64,000 nt of DNA from Octopus sinensis (taxonomy: Eukaryota), in contig NC_043006.1 of NCBI RefSeq assembly GCF_006345805.1, positions 70,370,001 through 70,434,000 of the forward strand. The letters are read 5' to 3'. The notes beneath the pieces were generated by a model. The model did not search any database. It had not been told where the DNA came from and saw only the letters and a list, made by a program, of their open reading frames with translations. Positions 12,072 through 25,334 of the stretch are shown here, in pieces (the stretch's first letter is position 1; each line of letters opens with the position of its first letter). The position numbers and the translations under genes are program-made.

Positions 12072-12392
12072 TGACTGATGCCAGCGCTGCCTTGACTGGC
12101 TTCTGTGCCGGTGGCATGTAAAAAGCACCAACCGTTTGTAGCCGTTGCCAGCCTACCCTGGCACCTGTGCCGGTGGCACGTAAAAAGTACCATCCGTACG
12201 TGGCTGATGCCAGCGCTGCCTTGACTGGCTTCCGTGCCGGTGGCACATGAAAAGCACCAACCGATCGTGGCTGTTGCCAGCCTTCCCTGGCACCTCTGCT
12301 GGTGGCACGTAAAAAGCACCAACTACACTCTTGGAGTGGTGGGCATTAGGAAGGGCACGGACGTTAAATGATGATGATGATGATGATATACG
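12072..12392 (+). mobile_element. Family B element with four internal modules
   Basis: Modules at about 12105, 12167, 12234 and 12296, followed by a (GAT)n tail. Confidence 0.85.
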
Positions 12393-13319
12393 ATCTATAA
12401 AAATTATAGCCCCAGCCCAGCCAAAGCCTTGAGTGTGTATATGGTAGACAGAAACTGAAAGAAGCCTGTTGTATATGTGTGTATGGGGTGCGGTACATGT
12501 GCATGTGGGCGTGTCTGTGTCTTTGCGTTTGTTATCACCACTGCTTAACAACCAGTGTTGGTTTGTTTACATCCCCCATAACTTAGCTGTTTGGCACACC
12601 AGGCTTAGAAAAATTAAGCACTCAGATTCATCTGTCTGACTAAACTGTTCAAGGTGGTGCCCCAGCATGGTCGCAGTTCAATGATTGACAGAAGTAAAAG
12701 ATAAATGAGATTCACACATAAATACAGTTTTATGGGCGCGTGTGTCCATGTTTGTGTTTATGTTGTACCCTTTATGGTTTATAATTAACATTTTGACAAA
12801 CAGGTACCGGAGTTGATATTGCATTTTAAAAGCCTTGAAAGTGAAGCTCTAGCATGGCCACAGATCAGTGATTAAAATTAATCTTCTTTTGTATTATCCC
12901 CTTTTAACAAGTTCCACCCTGAGAGAGAGAGAGAGAGAGAGTCTGTGTGTGTTTATATCTATTTGTGAATGGATGTGTGTGTGTGTGTGTGTAGGGGTGG
13001 GAGGCAACTGTAATGTAGCATTACAAACAATGCTAATGGGGTGGTAGAGTCACTTCGCTTACCATTAAAGCCTCACTGTTGTGCTGGGATTTTGGGTGCT
13101 CTTGTACTAGCTTCAGCTGTACATGTATTTAAAAAAATTGAAGTGGTGTAGAGAAGATTAATATAGCTCTTGTGCAAGGACGACACACAAATTCACGAGA
13201 TATTCCATATTTTTCTAGCAATGTCATTTATGCCCAATATTCTTCAAAAACTTGTTTGGTCATGAGGAAATGTTATCTTGGACACATGCAAGGAAGAGCA
13301 TATGGTCATAGAAAATCTG

Positions 13320-13739
13320 AGGTGCAGGAGTGGCTGTGTGGTAAGTGGCTTACTTACCAACCACATGGTTCCGGGTTCAGTTCCACTGCGTGGCACCTTG
13401 GGCAAGTGTCTTCTACTATAGCCTCGGGCCGACCAAAGCCTTGTGAGTGGATTTGATAGACGGAAACTGAAAGAAGCCCATTGTATATATGTATATATAT
13501 ATATATGTGTGTGTGCGTGTATGTTTGTGCGTCTGTGTTTGTCCCCGTAGCATTGCTTGACAACCGATGCTGGTGTGTTTATGTCCCTGTCACTTAGCAG
13601 TTCGGCACAAGAGACCGATAGAATAAGTACTGGGCTTACAAAGAATAAGTCCCGGGGTCGAGTTGCTCGATTAAAGGCGGTGCTCCAGCATGGCCGCAGT
13701 CAAGTGACTGAAACAAGTAAAAGAGTAAAAGAGAGTAAA
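13320..13739 (+). mobile_element. SINE family A, full-length
   Basis: Head GCAGGAGTGGCTGTGTGG with A-box and B-box-like (GGTTCAGTTCC) motifs, an internal (TA)/(TG) tract, and a GTAAAAGA tail repeat. Confidence 0.9.
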
Positions 13740-15050
13740 CTATACAAGCATGGTCAACGCAATGTCTAAGTTGATAGCGGTGGTGGTGATAAAATATAAG
13801 GCAGTCTTGAAGGAGTTACCAAAGAAGATGAAAAAAGGAGAGCCATTTGCAAATAAGGGAAGTGGTACTGACACAGTTGTTAATGTAATAAATTATAATT
13901 CTAGGGTGAGACTAGTGAAAAGAACAAAAATTTAGTCTCAAGAGATGCCTCAACTCCATACACACATCACCATGCTGAATTTGACTACAATTTTTCTGCA
14001 GGCTATATTTTATTTCCCTATCGGTATGTTTACTCTTCTCTGCTGAAAAACACCTTTACTCTGCTCACTACCCTTCTGCCATTTCAACATGTTTCATCTC
14101 TGACCCAACATCTTGCTTTTGTCTTCTTTTAAGTTTCCTCTTTCTTTTCTTCTTTCCTGTCTTTGAAAACTTAATTACATTGTCTTTGTACTCTTGTTCA
14201 TATTTTCTCTTGTTTCATTTTGCCATATTTTTCTCATATGATACCTGGATAATAATTACTAAACTGATAGGGTAATCAATATCCAGATAATAGGAAATTA
14301 TTTTCTGTGTGTATAACCATCCATGTTTCACTACCATGCACCATTCTTACATGTACAACATGTCGTCCTCTGTACCCACTGTCCATATTTCACTGCTGCA
14401 CACCATCACACATTTTACACACTTCAGTCTTGTATATACACTGTCCATGCTTCATTTCATACACCATCTCACATCTTAAACACACCACATTGTAATATTA
14501 AAAATTATGTGTGTGTGTGTGTGTTTGTGTGTGTGTCTCTCTGATTATTAACAGCTTTTGTATCAACTGAAAATTCTTAGTATTTACCTGAATATTGGTT
14601 TGGATAGCTTTATTATATTAACTTACTGGTGAGAATCTATATACTTCACTGTATATTGTACCCAGTACTTATAATCAAAACATACATACTATATTGATTC
14701 TCTTACACCCATAAACACATGCATTTAATAATTTGATGCTGTACATATGACACATTACAGTGAAGACATCCCATATCATTTGCAGTCTCTCACTACTTCG
14801 TCCTAATAACCACAAACTACTCAGATTACTTCATGCTTTTCATACAAAACACAGCATCATATATGTGACACTCCATGCAGTATCACTATGTCCCATATGT
14901 TCACTACCATACTGTATCACTCTTCTAAAACATACACCATACAGTTTTTCTCTTCAGTCACTACATCTCCTACACCTTCACTGCCGTACATCACACTACT
15001 AACAAACACACTATTCAAAGTCTGCAGTCATTACAGCATCCTTACCTTAG

Positions 15051-15270
15051 CCCTTCAGCATTAAAACCAGCCATATCGGGCCCAAATATTCTACCCGTTT
15101 TATGTTCAAAGTAGCTGGATCTGGCCTCTCACACCTACCCTACAATGTCATTCTAAAAATAAACAACCACATCATCAAAATCTCAGAGCTACAAGATATT
15201 ACAAGATTAATTGAAACCAATATGAATAAAGGGGTATTATATTTGATAAAGTCATCTGAATTGTAAAGGG
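15051..15270. mobile_element. piggyBac-like MITE, diverged copy
   Basis: CCCTT...AAAGGG ends and colinearity with 21844-22052. The TTAA TSD is degraded. Confidence 0.7.
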
Positions 15271-15469
15271 TAAAAACCCTTTCACTATCACAGTTACCTC
15301 TCCAAGGCTGATGTCCCATCATTGTGACATTGTTTGTGATCAGGACACAATATTCTATCACAATATTCTGCATCAGGGGTCCCATACCACTGGCCCATGG
15401 ATCATTTGGTACTGGGTCACACTAAAGGAATAAAGGGCATTATTGCATTATACATATGTAAAAGGGGTA

Positions 15470-15800
15470 AATAACCCCTTTGGTCATGAATGACCAGGGG
15501 GTTGCACTTAGAAAGTTCCCCTCTGAGGTACAAGTCTGAGCAAGGTTGTTTATGGAAGACCAGCAGTCGCCCATGCATACCAGTCTCCCCTTTCCACATC
15601 ACTGATGTTCTCCAAGGGTAAGGCAAAGACCGATACAACTTGGTGCCAGTGATATTGCAAATCATTTTTACAGCTGTGTGAACTGGAGCAACATGAAATA
15701 AAGTGTCTTGCTCAAGAGCACAACACACTGCCTTGTCTGGGAATCAAACTACCTCATGATTGTGAGCCTGATGCTCTAACCACTAAACCAAGTGCCTGTG
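15470..15800 (-). mobile_element. SINE family D (tRNA-like head, CTTGAGCAAGACACTTTATTTCA central domain)
   Basis: Colinear with copies at 25830 (+), 39345 (-) and 60730 (-). Confidence 0.85.
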
Positions 15801-16199
15801 TGAAGGTGCGTGACCTAGTTCTTAAGGTGTTGCACTCAAGACTGCTAGATTATGGGTTCAATTCCCAGATCAGGTGGCGTTTTGTGTTCTTAAACAAAAC
15901 ACTTCATTTCATGTTGCTCTGCAGGTGGAAGAGTGCCAGAATCATTGGGGCATCAGCAGAAATGCTTTACAGTATATCTCCCAGCTCTCAACATTCTGAG
16001 TTCTAATTCCACCTACCTGGAGAAGGCAATGGGAAATCACTCGAGTATTCATCCCAAGTCTAATCATGGTAGCTGAGTTCCAGTAATGTACTTAACAAAG
16101 GCAGTGAAGGGTTCAGACCCTCCAACGTCATATAGAGTTATAGAGAGTTATGGAGAAGGTTTACATGCACAAGACCCACCCAAGGTTACACCACTACTT

Positions 16200-16670
16200 G
16201 AGAGATACGTAGTATATATACATGGAGGCAAAGTGGCAGAGCTCCCGGGCCTCATGAAAGCTAAGTGGTTGAGTTCCTTTTGGGTGTTGGGCCTCACGGA
16301 AGTGAGGTAGTTGAGTTCCTTTCGAATGGGCCTCACGGAGGCAAGGTGGCTGAATTCCTTTTGAGTGTTGGGCTTCATGGAGGTAATGACCAACACCTTT
16401 GGCATTATGTTGTGCTTGAGAAGAAGACCCATCAAGCTGAGCAAAATTGCAGTCATGGTAGATACAGGCGTCATGCAAATGGTACCTATGCCAGTGGTAC
16501 ATGAAAACACCCATTACACTCTTGGAGTGGTTGGTGTTAGGTAGGGCATCCAGCCGTAGAAAACTATACCAAATCAGACTGGATCCTGGCGCAGCGTGCC
16601 AGCTCAGTCAAACCGTCCAACCCATGCCAGCATGGACAATGGATGTTAAATGATGACAATGATGATATAC
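16200..16670 (+). mobile_element. Family B variant with about 41-bp TTGGGCCTCACGGAGGC tandem modules
   Basis: Tandem modules at 16245-16390 and the family B tail. The same module type occurs at 21270-21460. Confidence 0.75.
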
Positions 16671-16829
16671 ATATTATATATGTGATAATTAAATTATACA
16701 TTATGCACTTTATTGCATTTTGTTATATACATGACCCCCTGGTCCATAAAAAAATTGTCTTGCATGAAACCATCCATGATGCAAAAATGAGGGTTGGGGA
16801 CTGCTGTTTTGCATGACATCTGTTTGCAC

Positions 16830-16936
16830 CTAGCTGTTGAAGAGGAATGTATGCCACCACATCACCATAAGCAGTGTTAACTGTAACTGGTGTCCTATCC
16901 ATGGGAATATTATTGTTCTTTGGGAGCTGGAAGATG
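16830..16936 (-). CDS. Candidate internal exon IFQLPKNNNIPMDRTPVTVNTAYGDVVAYIPLQQL
   Basis: TTTCAG acceptor, CTAG|GTGCAA donor, and 35 open codons between two repeats. No recognised homology. Confidence 0.3.
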
Positions 16937-16941
16937 CTGAA

Positions 16942-17325
16942 ATTTACAATAGGTGCAGGAGCTTACTTACCAACCTTATGGTTCCAGGTTCAGTCCCACT
17001 GTGTGGCACCTTGGCCGTTTTCTACTTCGGGCCAACCAAAGCCTTGCGAGTGGATTTGGTAGACGGAAACTGAAAAGAAGCCCGTCGTATATATGTATAT
17101 ATATATGTGTGTGTGTGTGTTTGTGCATCTGTATTTGTTCCCCCCCCCCAACATCGCTTGACAACTGATGCTGGTGTTTACGTCCTCGTAACTTAGCGGT
17201 TCGGCAAAAGAGACTGATAGAATAAGTACTAGGCTTACAAAGAATAAGTACTGGGGTTGATTTGCCCGACTAAAGGTGGTGCTCCAGCATGGCTGCAGTC
17301 AAATGACTGAAACAAGTAAAAGAGT
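16942..17325 (+). mobile_element. SINE family A
   Basis: Colinear with 13320-13739, with a small deletion in the head. Confidence 0.9.
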
Positions 17326-17803
17326 ATGCTTACACATGTACAGTAAAGTAACACAGGGATAGATATAATGGTATGAGGGTGTGCACTGTAACAGCATGTT
17401 ATTGCATCTGCCATTTGTTGGTGATTCCCTACACTTAGCAGATGAGGCTTCTGTTCCATTCAGGTGATAACCCTCTAACCCATGGGTCAGTTTCTGTAGT
17501 TGTTGCTGGTGAGTTTCACAAGGTTGGAGTGCAAATCCTACCTCATCCACTTTTAGTCACCTCTACAACATGCAGAAGAAATGTTGGGTCTATTTTTTTA
17601 ACATGCCAGTCCCCCACACACGACTACGAGAACGTGAAATGAAGTGCTTTGCTCAAGAGCACAAGACGGTGCCTGGTCCTGGAATTGAACTCACAATCTG
17701 ACAATCATGGATGCAACAACCTAACCACTAGACCATGCATCTTCAATGGAGAGATGCAGAGAGAAAAATATATACACAGCATTCTTTAACAGATTCTTTT
17801 TAG

Positions 17804-17804
<1 letters not shown>

Positions 17805-17870
<66 letters not shown>
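17805..17870. repeat. Pure (TG)n microsatellite
   Basis: Direct reading. Confidence 0.95.
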
Positions 17871-17874
<4 letters not shown>

Positions 17875-18431
17875 TCCTGCCCCCTCTCTCATATCTATAT
17901 TTGTTGCTTCATTAGTCAGCTCTGCACCATAATACATCCATGGCTGGGAAAAGCATTGGGTTGAAACCATACCTTTCCCATGAGGTGTTTACATCATATC
18001 ATATTCCGTCCTCCCTCCAACGCCCCACATGTGTGTGTGCATAGCATAATAGTAATATGATATGTTGTGTAATTAGTTTGGAGTGCAGTGTACATATGTT
18101 GTATGGAGATGTCAGTGTTGTGCAACATACAGGTAGATTGTCAGATTGACAGATAGGCAGATGGATAGGCATAGACAGATAGCTAGATGTGCATGGAGAT
18201 AGGCGGTGGTAAAAATGGTATGTGTGCATGTGTGTGTGTGTGCATACACAAACACACATGTATACACACACACACATACACGCATGTATACATATATATA
18301 TTTACATAAATATATTTATATAAATATATACACATGCATATACGCACATACACACACATATGCACATTTGCATACAAACACATGCATACACACATACATA
18401 TACATACATATATTTAGATATATATATATAT

Positions 18432-18463
<32 letters not shown>

Positions 18464-19399
18464 CACACACATATGCATACACACACATATACACATACAT
18501 AATGTATATATATATGTGTGTGTGTGTGTGTGTGAATGGACCTACCAGAGAGTGAGAGAGAGAGTGAGAGAGACTGGTGAAGTGGCAAACCCATAGCTAT
18601 CCAATACATACTGGAATAGAAAAGTAGGTTCAGATGATGATGATGATGATAATGATGATGGCTTGAGCATTTGTGGTATCCATAATTTCTTACAGATCAA
18701 TCTCACACGCTGTAACATATCTCTCTCTCTCTCTCTCCCTCTCACTCACTCTCCCTTCCTATTTCTCTTTTTCTCCTCCTTCCACCCCCGCGCCCAATAA
18801 TTGCCCCACTCCCCTTCCTTACAGCCAACATGTCTTCTCTCCAACACATCCTGTGTCAGGAAAATTCTAGAAAACCTGTAAGACTGTCAGACATAAGGAA
18901 GAGGATAATTGAGGATAGAAAGAGGAGTGATTTCCTCGCTACTCTCCACCCCCCCCCGTCCTAATCCCATGCTTTTATACAATTCTTGTAATTTTTTTTT
19001 CTTTTCTTCATCCTCACTGCCACCACCTACCCTCCACTGTCACTGCTCATTTCCTCTTCTTCCTCTTCCGTACTTTCATCATCGTTGCTGTGATGGGGAG
19101 GTGTGTGTCCACCCTAATTATTGTTTAAGAGAGAGATAGAGAAAAATACACACACACGCACACACACACACACATGCATGCACTGATGTGGATGCTCACA
19201 TGCAAATATACAAGCACGTACTTTTGCTCACACACACATGTACAAGAACTTGTACATGCCCACATGCATCATGGAGTGCACTTACATGCACACACGTGTG
19301 TGTGTATATGCTCCCTCTTCTTCATTAACTTTTTTCAATTACATTTTCTCTTGTTTTTATTCCTCTACTGCTATTACTACTCTTAATAATGATTTTTAT

Positions 19400-19595
19400 T
19401 ATAAGCATAAGGCCTGAAATGTTGAGGGGAGGGGCAGGCTTGTCGATTACATCAACCCTAGTGCTGAACCGGTACTTATTGAACCTTAAATGGATGAAAG
19501 GTAAAATCAGAATCGGCAGTATTTGAACCCGGAACCTGAATCTGGAAGAAATACTACAAAGCATTGTGTTCATCATTCTAATGATTCTGCCATCT
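19400..19595 (-). mobile_element. SINE family C
   Basis: Matches the family C body and its (TAA)n-associated tail. Confidence 0.8.
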
Positions 19596-19699
19596 TGTCT
19601 TATTGCTATCTACTATAAAAATACTCTTGTGTTTTTCTCCATCACAACATATGAATGAGAAAGGAAGGGGTGATAGATGGATGCGGAAGGAAGAGGTGA

Positions 19700-19853
19700 T
19701 GGCAAACTGGTAGTGGGAGCGTTTCTACCAACCACATGATTCCGGGTTCAGTCCCACTGTGTGGCACCTTGGGCAAGTATCATCTACTATAGCCTCAGGC
19801 CGACCAAAGCTTTGTGAATGGATTTGGTAGACAGAAACTCAAAGAAACCCATC

Positions 19854-19909
<56 letters not shown>

Positions 19910-20116
19910 ATATATTTGTGTGTCTGTGCTTGTTCCCCCCAACATCGCTTGACAACTGATGCTGGTGAGTTTATGTCCCCGTAACTTAGCAGTTCGGCAA
20001 AAGAGACTGATAGAATAAGTACTAGGCTTACAAAGAATAAGTCTTGGGGTCGATTTGCTTGACTAAAGGCAGTGCCCCAGCATGGCCACAGTTAAATGAC
20101 TGAAACAAGTAAAAGA
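19700..20116 (+). mobile_element. SINE family A
   Basis: Colinear with 13320-13739. Confidence 0.9.
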
Positions 20117-21159
20117 GATGTGTGTGTATGTAAAAGGGAGGTATATGAATTTTTGTGTGCGTGTGTGCATGTATGCAATGGAAGGGGATGGTGAACATTT
20201 AACGCTGAAAAGAAAAAATCAAACAGCGTTTCAACTCTGATCGATGTCACATCTCAAAAGACAACCACTAGATAACATTGACAAGTGTATTAATTTGATT
20301 CAGCATCCATATTTATATATCAAATACTACAATTAGCCGTCATTTTTGATGGCACAGGGCCAGCTATTATCATCGTTGTCATTGTTTAATGTCCGCTTTC
20401 CATGCTGGCATAGGTTGGACGGTTTGACTGAGGACTGGCAAACCAGTAGGCTATATCAGGCTCCAATCTAATCTGGCAAGGTTTCTACAGCTAGATGCCT
20501 TTCCTAATGCCAACCACTTCAAGAGTGTAATGGGTACTTTTTAGATGCCACTGGAACATAATAATTAAGATAATGTATATGATGACAATGACAGGGTTTT
20601 CTCTGAGCATAACAAGACCAAAAATCCTGTAAAGAAGGGGTTAAAGTTAAATTAATCTGTCCCCAGTTGATAGAATGGAAGCTAATCAAGAAACTCTTTA
20701 GCTGACTCTCTTCAGCAGCCACTGAAGAGATTTTGATCACTGAATCAGTTTAAAGCTTTGCTTGATACAACTAAAATCAGTGGGAATTAAAAAAATAAAA
20801 ATTGACAGATGTGACTATATGATTGAGAATCATGCTTTCCAATCATGTGGTCTTGGGTTCAGTCCCATTGTATGGAACCTTTGGGCAAATGTCTTCTGCT
20901 ATAGCTCTTGGCTGACCAAAACCTTGTGAGTGAATTTGGTGGGTGGAAACTGAAAGAAGCCTACGTGTGTGTGTGTGTATATTTGTGTTGTATTTCTTCC
21001 TTACCATTGATTGAGAACCAGTGTTAGTTTGTTTATGTCCCCATAACTTAGTGGTGTTCAGCAGTAGTCCAACAGAAGAAGTACCAAGCTTAACAAAAAT
21101 AAGAACTGAGGTTAATTCATTCAACTAAAATCCTTTAAGGCAGTGCCCCAGCACTACTC

Positions 21160-21652
21160 TAGGCACAAGGCCCGAAATTTTGGGGGAGGGAACCAGTCGA
21201 TTAGATTGACTCCAGTACACAACTGGTACTTAATTCATCGATCCTGAAAGGATGAAAGCAAAGTCGACCTTAGGTCTCACGGAGGCTATGTGGCTAGTGC
21301 TGGTGGCACGTAAAAAGCACCATTTAAGTGTTGGGCCTCATGGAGGCAATGTGACCAATGACAGTGTCATGTAACTGGCACCCGTGCCGGTGGCACATAA
21401 AATGCACCTTCAAGTGTTGGGCCTTATGGAGGCAATGTAGCTGATACTGCTGTCATGCAACTGGCCCCCATGCCGGTGGTATGCAAAAGCACCCGTTACA
21501 CTCTAGGGGTGGTTGGTGTTAGGAAGGGCATCCAGCCATAGAAACCATGCCAAATCAGACTAGAGTCTGGTGCGGCCCATCAGCTTACCAGCCCTGGTCT
21601 AACCATCCAACCCATGCCAGCATGGACAACAAGCATTAAATGATGATGATGA
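21160..21652. mobile_element. Truncated family C (-) abutting a family B variant (+)
   Basis: Family C 3' half at 21160-21272, then family B modules and a (GAT)n tail to 21652. Confidence 0.75.
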
Positions 21653-21843
21653 TTTTCTAGAGCCAGATGCTCTTCCTGCTTCATTTACATAGGTAGGCAA
21701 GCTCTCATATGCTAATTAACCCTTAGCTGGAACCATAGCTGGATCAAAGTAGACTCGGGAACAATAACAGCTAAGAGGTGATTCTACATTCTTTGAAACC
21801 CTGCACCTCCTGACCTAACACGGCATTGTCAGATGCAGTTTAA

Positions 21844-22052
21844 CCCTTCAGCCATATCCGGCCCAAATATTCTACTTGTTTTGCACTCAAACTAGCCAGA
21901 TCTCATCTCTCACACCTACCCTACAATGTCATTCTAAAATTATGCAATCATGTCATATCAAAATCTTGTACCTGCAAGACAATACATGATTATTTAAAAC
22001 AATGGGAATAAATAAAAATTATATTTGACAAAATAATTTGAATGCTAAAGGG
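21844..22052. mobile_element. piggyBac-like MITE (209 bp) with TTAA TSD
   Basis: TTAA|CCCTTCAGC...GCTAAAGGG|TTAA. Confidence 0.85.
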
Positions 22053-22084
22053 TTAAAGTCATATCCAAGACAATGAAGAGGCTA

Positions 22085-22445
22085 TACAACAATTGTAGCA
22101 TTCCGTCGGTTATGAGGACGAGGGTTCCAGTTGATCTGGCTTGTGAAATTAACATGCAAGTGGCTGAGCACTTCACAGACACGTGTACCCTTAATGTAGT
22201 TCTCAGGGAGATCCAGCGTGACACAGAGTGTGACAAAGTTGGGCCTTTGAAAATATAGGTACAACAGAAACAGGAAGGAAGAGTGAAAGAAAGTTGTGGT
22301 GAAAGAGTACAGCACCCTGCTGGAACCTCGTGTAGCTTTAGGTGTTTTAGCTCAGTAAACATTCACAACACCCAGTCTGGGAATTGAAACCGCAATCCTA
22401 TGACCACGAGTCCGCTGCCCTAACCACTGGCCCATTGCACCTCCA
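22085..22445 (-). mobile_element. SINE family E (tRNA-like head GTGGAGGTGCAATGGGCCAGTGGTTAGGGCAGCGGACTC)
   Basis: A-box and B-box-like motifs on the minus strand. Tail remnants also occur near 2485 and 30045. Confidence 0.75.
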
Positions 22446-22748
22446 CATACAACAATAGCAACAGTTACAAAAAGTATTATTAACCTTACACTATATCTGT
22501 TGCGGTTGTTGATCAATCAGGGTTGACCTCCTGGGAAGCTCCACAGCAAAAACTGTTTTGTGTAATGGTCAATAGTCTCACTGGATCAGGGCTGGCTCCC
22601 TGGGGAAGCAAAACAAGACAGATAACAACAACAACAACAATAAGCATTGTTAACTAAAACACTATATTGTCTGTGTTGTGGAACATTAGACAAATGTTAT
22701 GTAATATTTCTGACTTTCTTCTTGGCAAATATTCACTTATATATATAC

Positions 22749-22780
<32 letters not shown>

Positions 22781-22919
22781 ACAGCTGGCACCCTGCATGT
22801 ATGTACATACATAGATACATATGTACACAAAAACATACACACAAACATACACAAACACACACACACACAAAGACCTTGCAACTGTGTTATGCACAAACAC
22901 TATATATATTCTATTTAAT

Positions 22920-23464
22920 CTTATATATACTCACATATACATATGCATATATATATGTGTATATATATATATATATAATATATATATATAATATATATAT
23001 ATATATACATACATATATATATATGTATCATATATACTAGATACATACATATATATATATAATGTACATACTATATACATACATATATATATACATACAT
23101 ATATATATATGTACATACATATATACATACATATATATATATATACATACATATATATATATATGTACATACAATATATATACATACATATATATATATA
23201 CATATATATAATGCATATATATACACATATAGACATATATATATGTATATATATGTGTGTATATATATATGTGTGTATATATATATATGCACATATACAA
23301 ATATGTAATATATATATGCATATATATATATATATATTTAATATATATTATATATATATATATATTTATATATATTTTTATATATATATATATTTATATA
23401 TATTTTTATAATATATATATATATTTGATATTTTTTATATATATAATAGCTATATTTTTATATA

Positions 23465-23505
<41 letters not shown>

Positions 23506-23609
23506 ATATATATATTTATATATATTTATATTTATATATTTATATATATTTATATTATATATTTATATATATTTATATTTAATATTTATATATATATATA
23601 TTTATTATT

Positions 23610-23640
<31 letters not shown>
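22920..23640. repeat. Imperfect (TA)n satellite
   Basis: Direct reading. Confidence 0.95.
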
Positions 23641-23641
<1 letters not shown>

Positions 23642-24119
23642 TAATATGCACACACACACATAGTAGTAGACACATGCAGCTGGTTACACATACACACAAC
23701 CATCAGACTGCTGCATACACACACACACTGCTGTACATGCAAGCAAACTAACTTCACATACAGCTACATTCACACACACATAGAGTACTGCACCTAATTA
23801 CATACACATACAAACACCCACACAACTACATCTCCACAACTAACAGACTTGTCGGTATATACAGTCCCTTAACATTTAGAAATAGTAACCTAATTCTGTG
23901 CAGAGAGGAAGGGAAGGAGGGAGGGTGGGAGGTTGTAGTTAATGTATTTATCTTAATCACAGCTTTCTCAGACAGTTTCGCTGTTTGTGTGTGTGTTGTG
24001 TGTGTGTATGTATTTGTATGCACATATGTATGTAGGAGTGCCTTTGTGGATATTTATGCGTGTGAGCGTCGAGAGTATTTATACATTATATGTATGTATG
24101 TATATGTGTGTGTGCGTGT

Positions 24120-24431
24120 GTGTGTGTATATATATATATATTATATATATATCTGTATGTATATGTATGTATGTATATGTATGTATATGTATGTATGTAT
24201 ATGTATGTATATATATGTATGTATGTATATGTATGTATGTAATATGTATGTGTGTATATGTATGTATGTATATGTATGTATATTATATATATATATTATA
24301 TATATATCTGTAGTATATGTATGTATGTATATGTATGTATTTATGTATGTATATGTATGTATATATATGTATGTATGTATATGTATGTATATATATGTAT
24401 TATGTATATGTATGTATGTATATGTATGTTG

Positions 24432-24472
<41 letters not shown>

Positions 24473-24650
24473 GTATATGTATGTATGTATATGTATGTAT
24501 GTATATGTATGTATGTAATATGTATGTATATGTATATATATATGTATATGTATGTATGTATATGTATATATATGTATATATATGTATGTATATGTATGTA
24601 TATGTATGTATATGTATATATATGTATATATATATATATGTATATATATG

Positions 24651-24682
<32 letters not shown>

Positions 24683-24687
24683 TATAA
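24120..24687. repeat. (TATG)n/(TA)n satellite
   Basis: Direct reading. Confidence 0.95.
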
Positions 24688-24789
24688 TTATAATTTAGGG
24701 TACCTAAGAGATACCACCATGCTGGAAATAGCAGCCAAAACTTGACTCTAAGACCACATTTAATAACAAAAGACTGAGATCTCTGGAGG

Positions 24790-25300
24790 TATGCTGTGAC
24801 TGAGAAGACCCAGCAAATAAAGTGAGTCCCCAGCTGTAACCTACACCAGTGTCGCATACCCAGCCCACTCAAAAGGACCTTGGATCGTAGGGCGACATGC
24901 TGTGCTTGAGGAGACTGATTGAGTCAAGTACATCAACACCAACAGCAATATCAAAATCAAATCAAATGGGAATTCTAGTTGTGAGCCAGCAGCATGTAAA
25001 AAGCACCATCTGAACGTAGCCAATGCCAGTGTCGCTTTGACTGGCTTCCATGCTGGTGGCACGTAAAAAGCACCATCTGATTGTGGTCGATGCCAACTCC
25101 TCTGGCCCCTGTGCTGGTGGTACGTAAAAACCACCCACTACACTCTCGGAGTGGTTGGCATTAGGGAAGGGCATTCAGCTGTAGAAACACTGCCAGATCA
25201 AATTGAGACCTGGTGCAGCCTCCTGGCTTCCCAGCCCCCAGTTGAACTGTCCAACCCATGCTAGCATGGAAAATAGATGTTTGATGATGATGATGATGAA
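24790..25300 (+). mobile_element. Family B, long form
   Basis: The 5' extension (GCTGTGACTGAGAAGAC...) is shared with 38315-38810. Confidence 0.85.

Positions 25301-25334
<34 letters not shown>

Larger units (their letters stand above)
15374..16806. mobile_element. hAT/Charlie-like MITE inflated by nested SINEs
   Basis: Ends CAGGGGTCCC... and ...GGTTGGGGACTGCTG, with an 8-bp TSD TTCTGCAT/TTTTGCAT. Confidence 0.75.

Noticed and set aside
13750-18930. Plus-strand exon chain 13770-13905, 17442-17508, 17920-17984, 18860-18930 with compatible phases
   Set aside because: The acceptors or donors are weak at several joints, the peptide is unrecognisable, and such motifs are expected by chance in 64 kb.
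22654-24872. Long ORFs up to 243 aa rich in Y/I/M/C/V/H/T (also 31469-36009, 47718-48825, 50792-51887)
   Set aside because: They are translations of TA/TATG/CA microsatellites that lack stop codons by composition.
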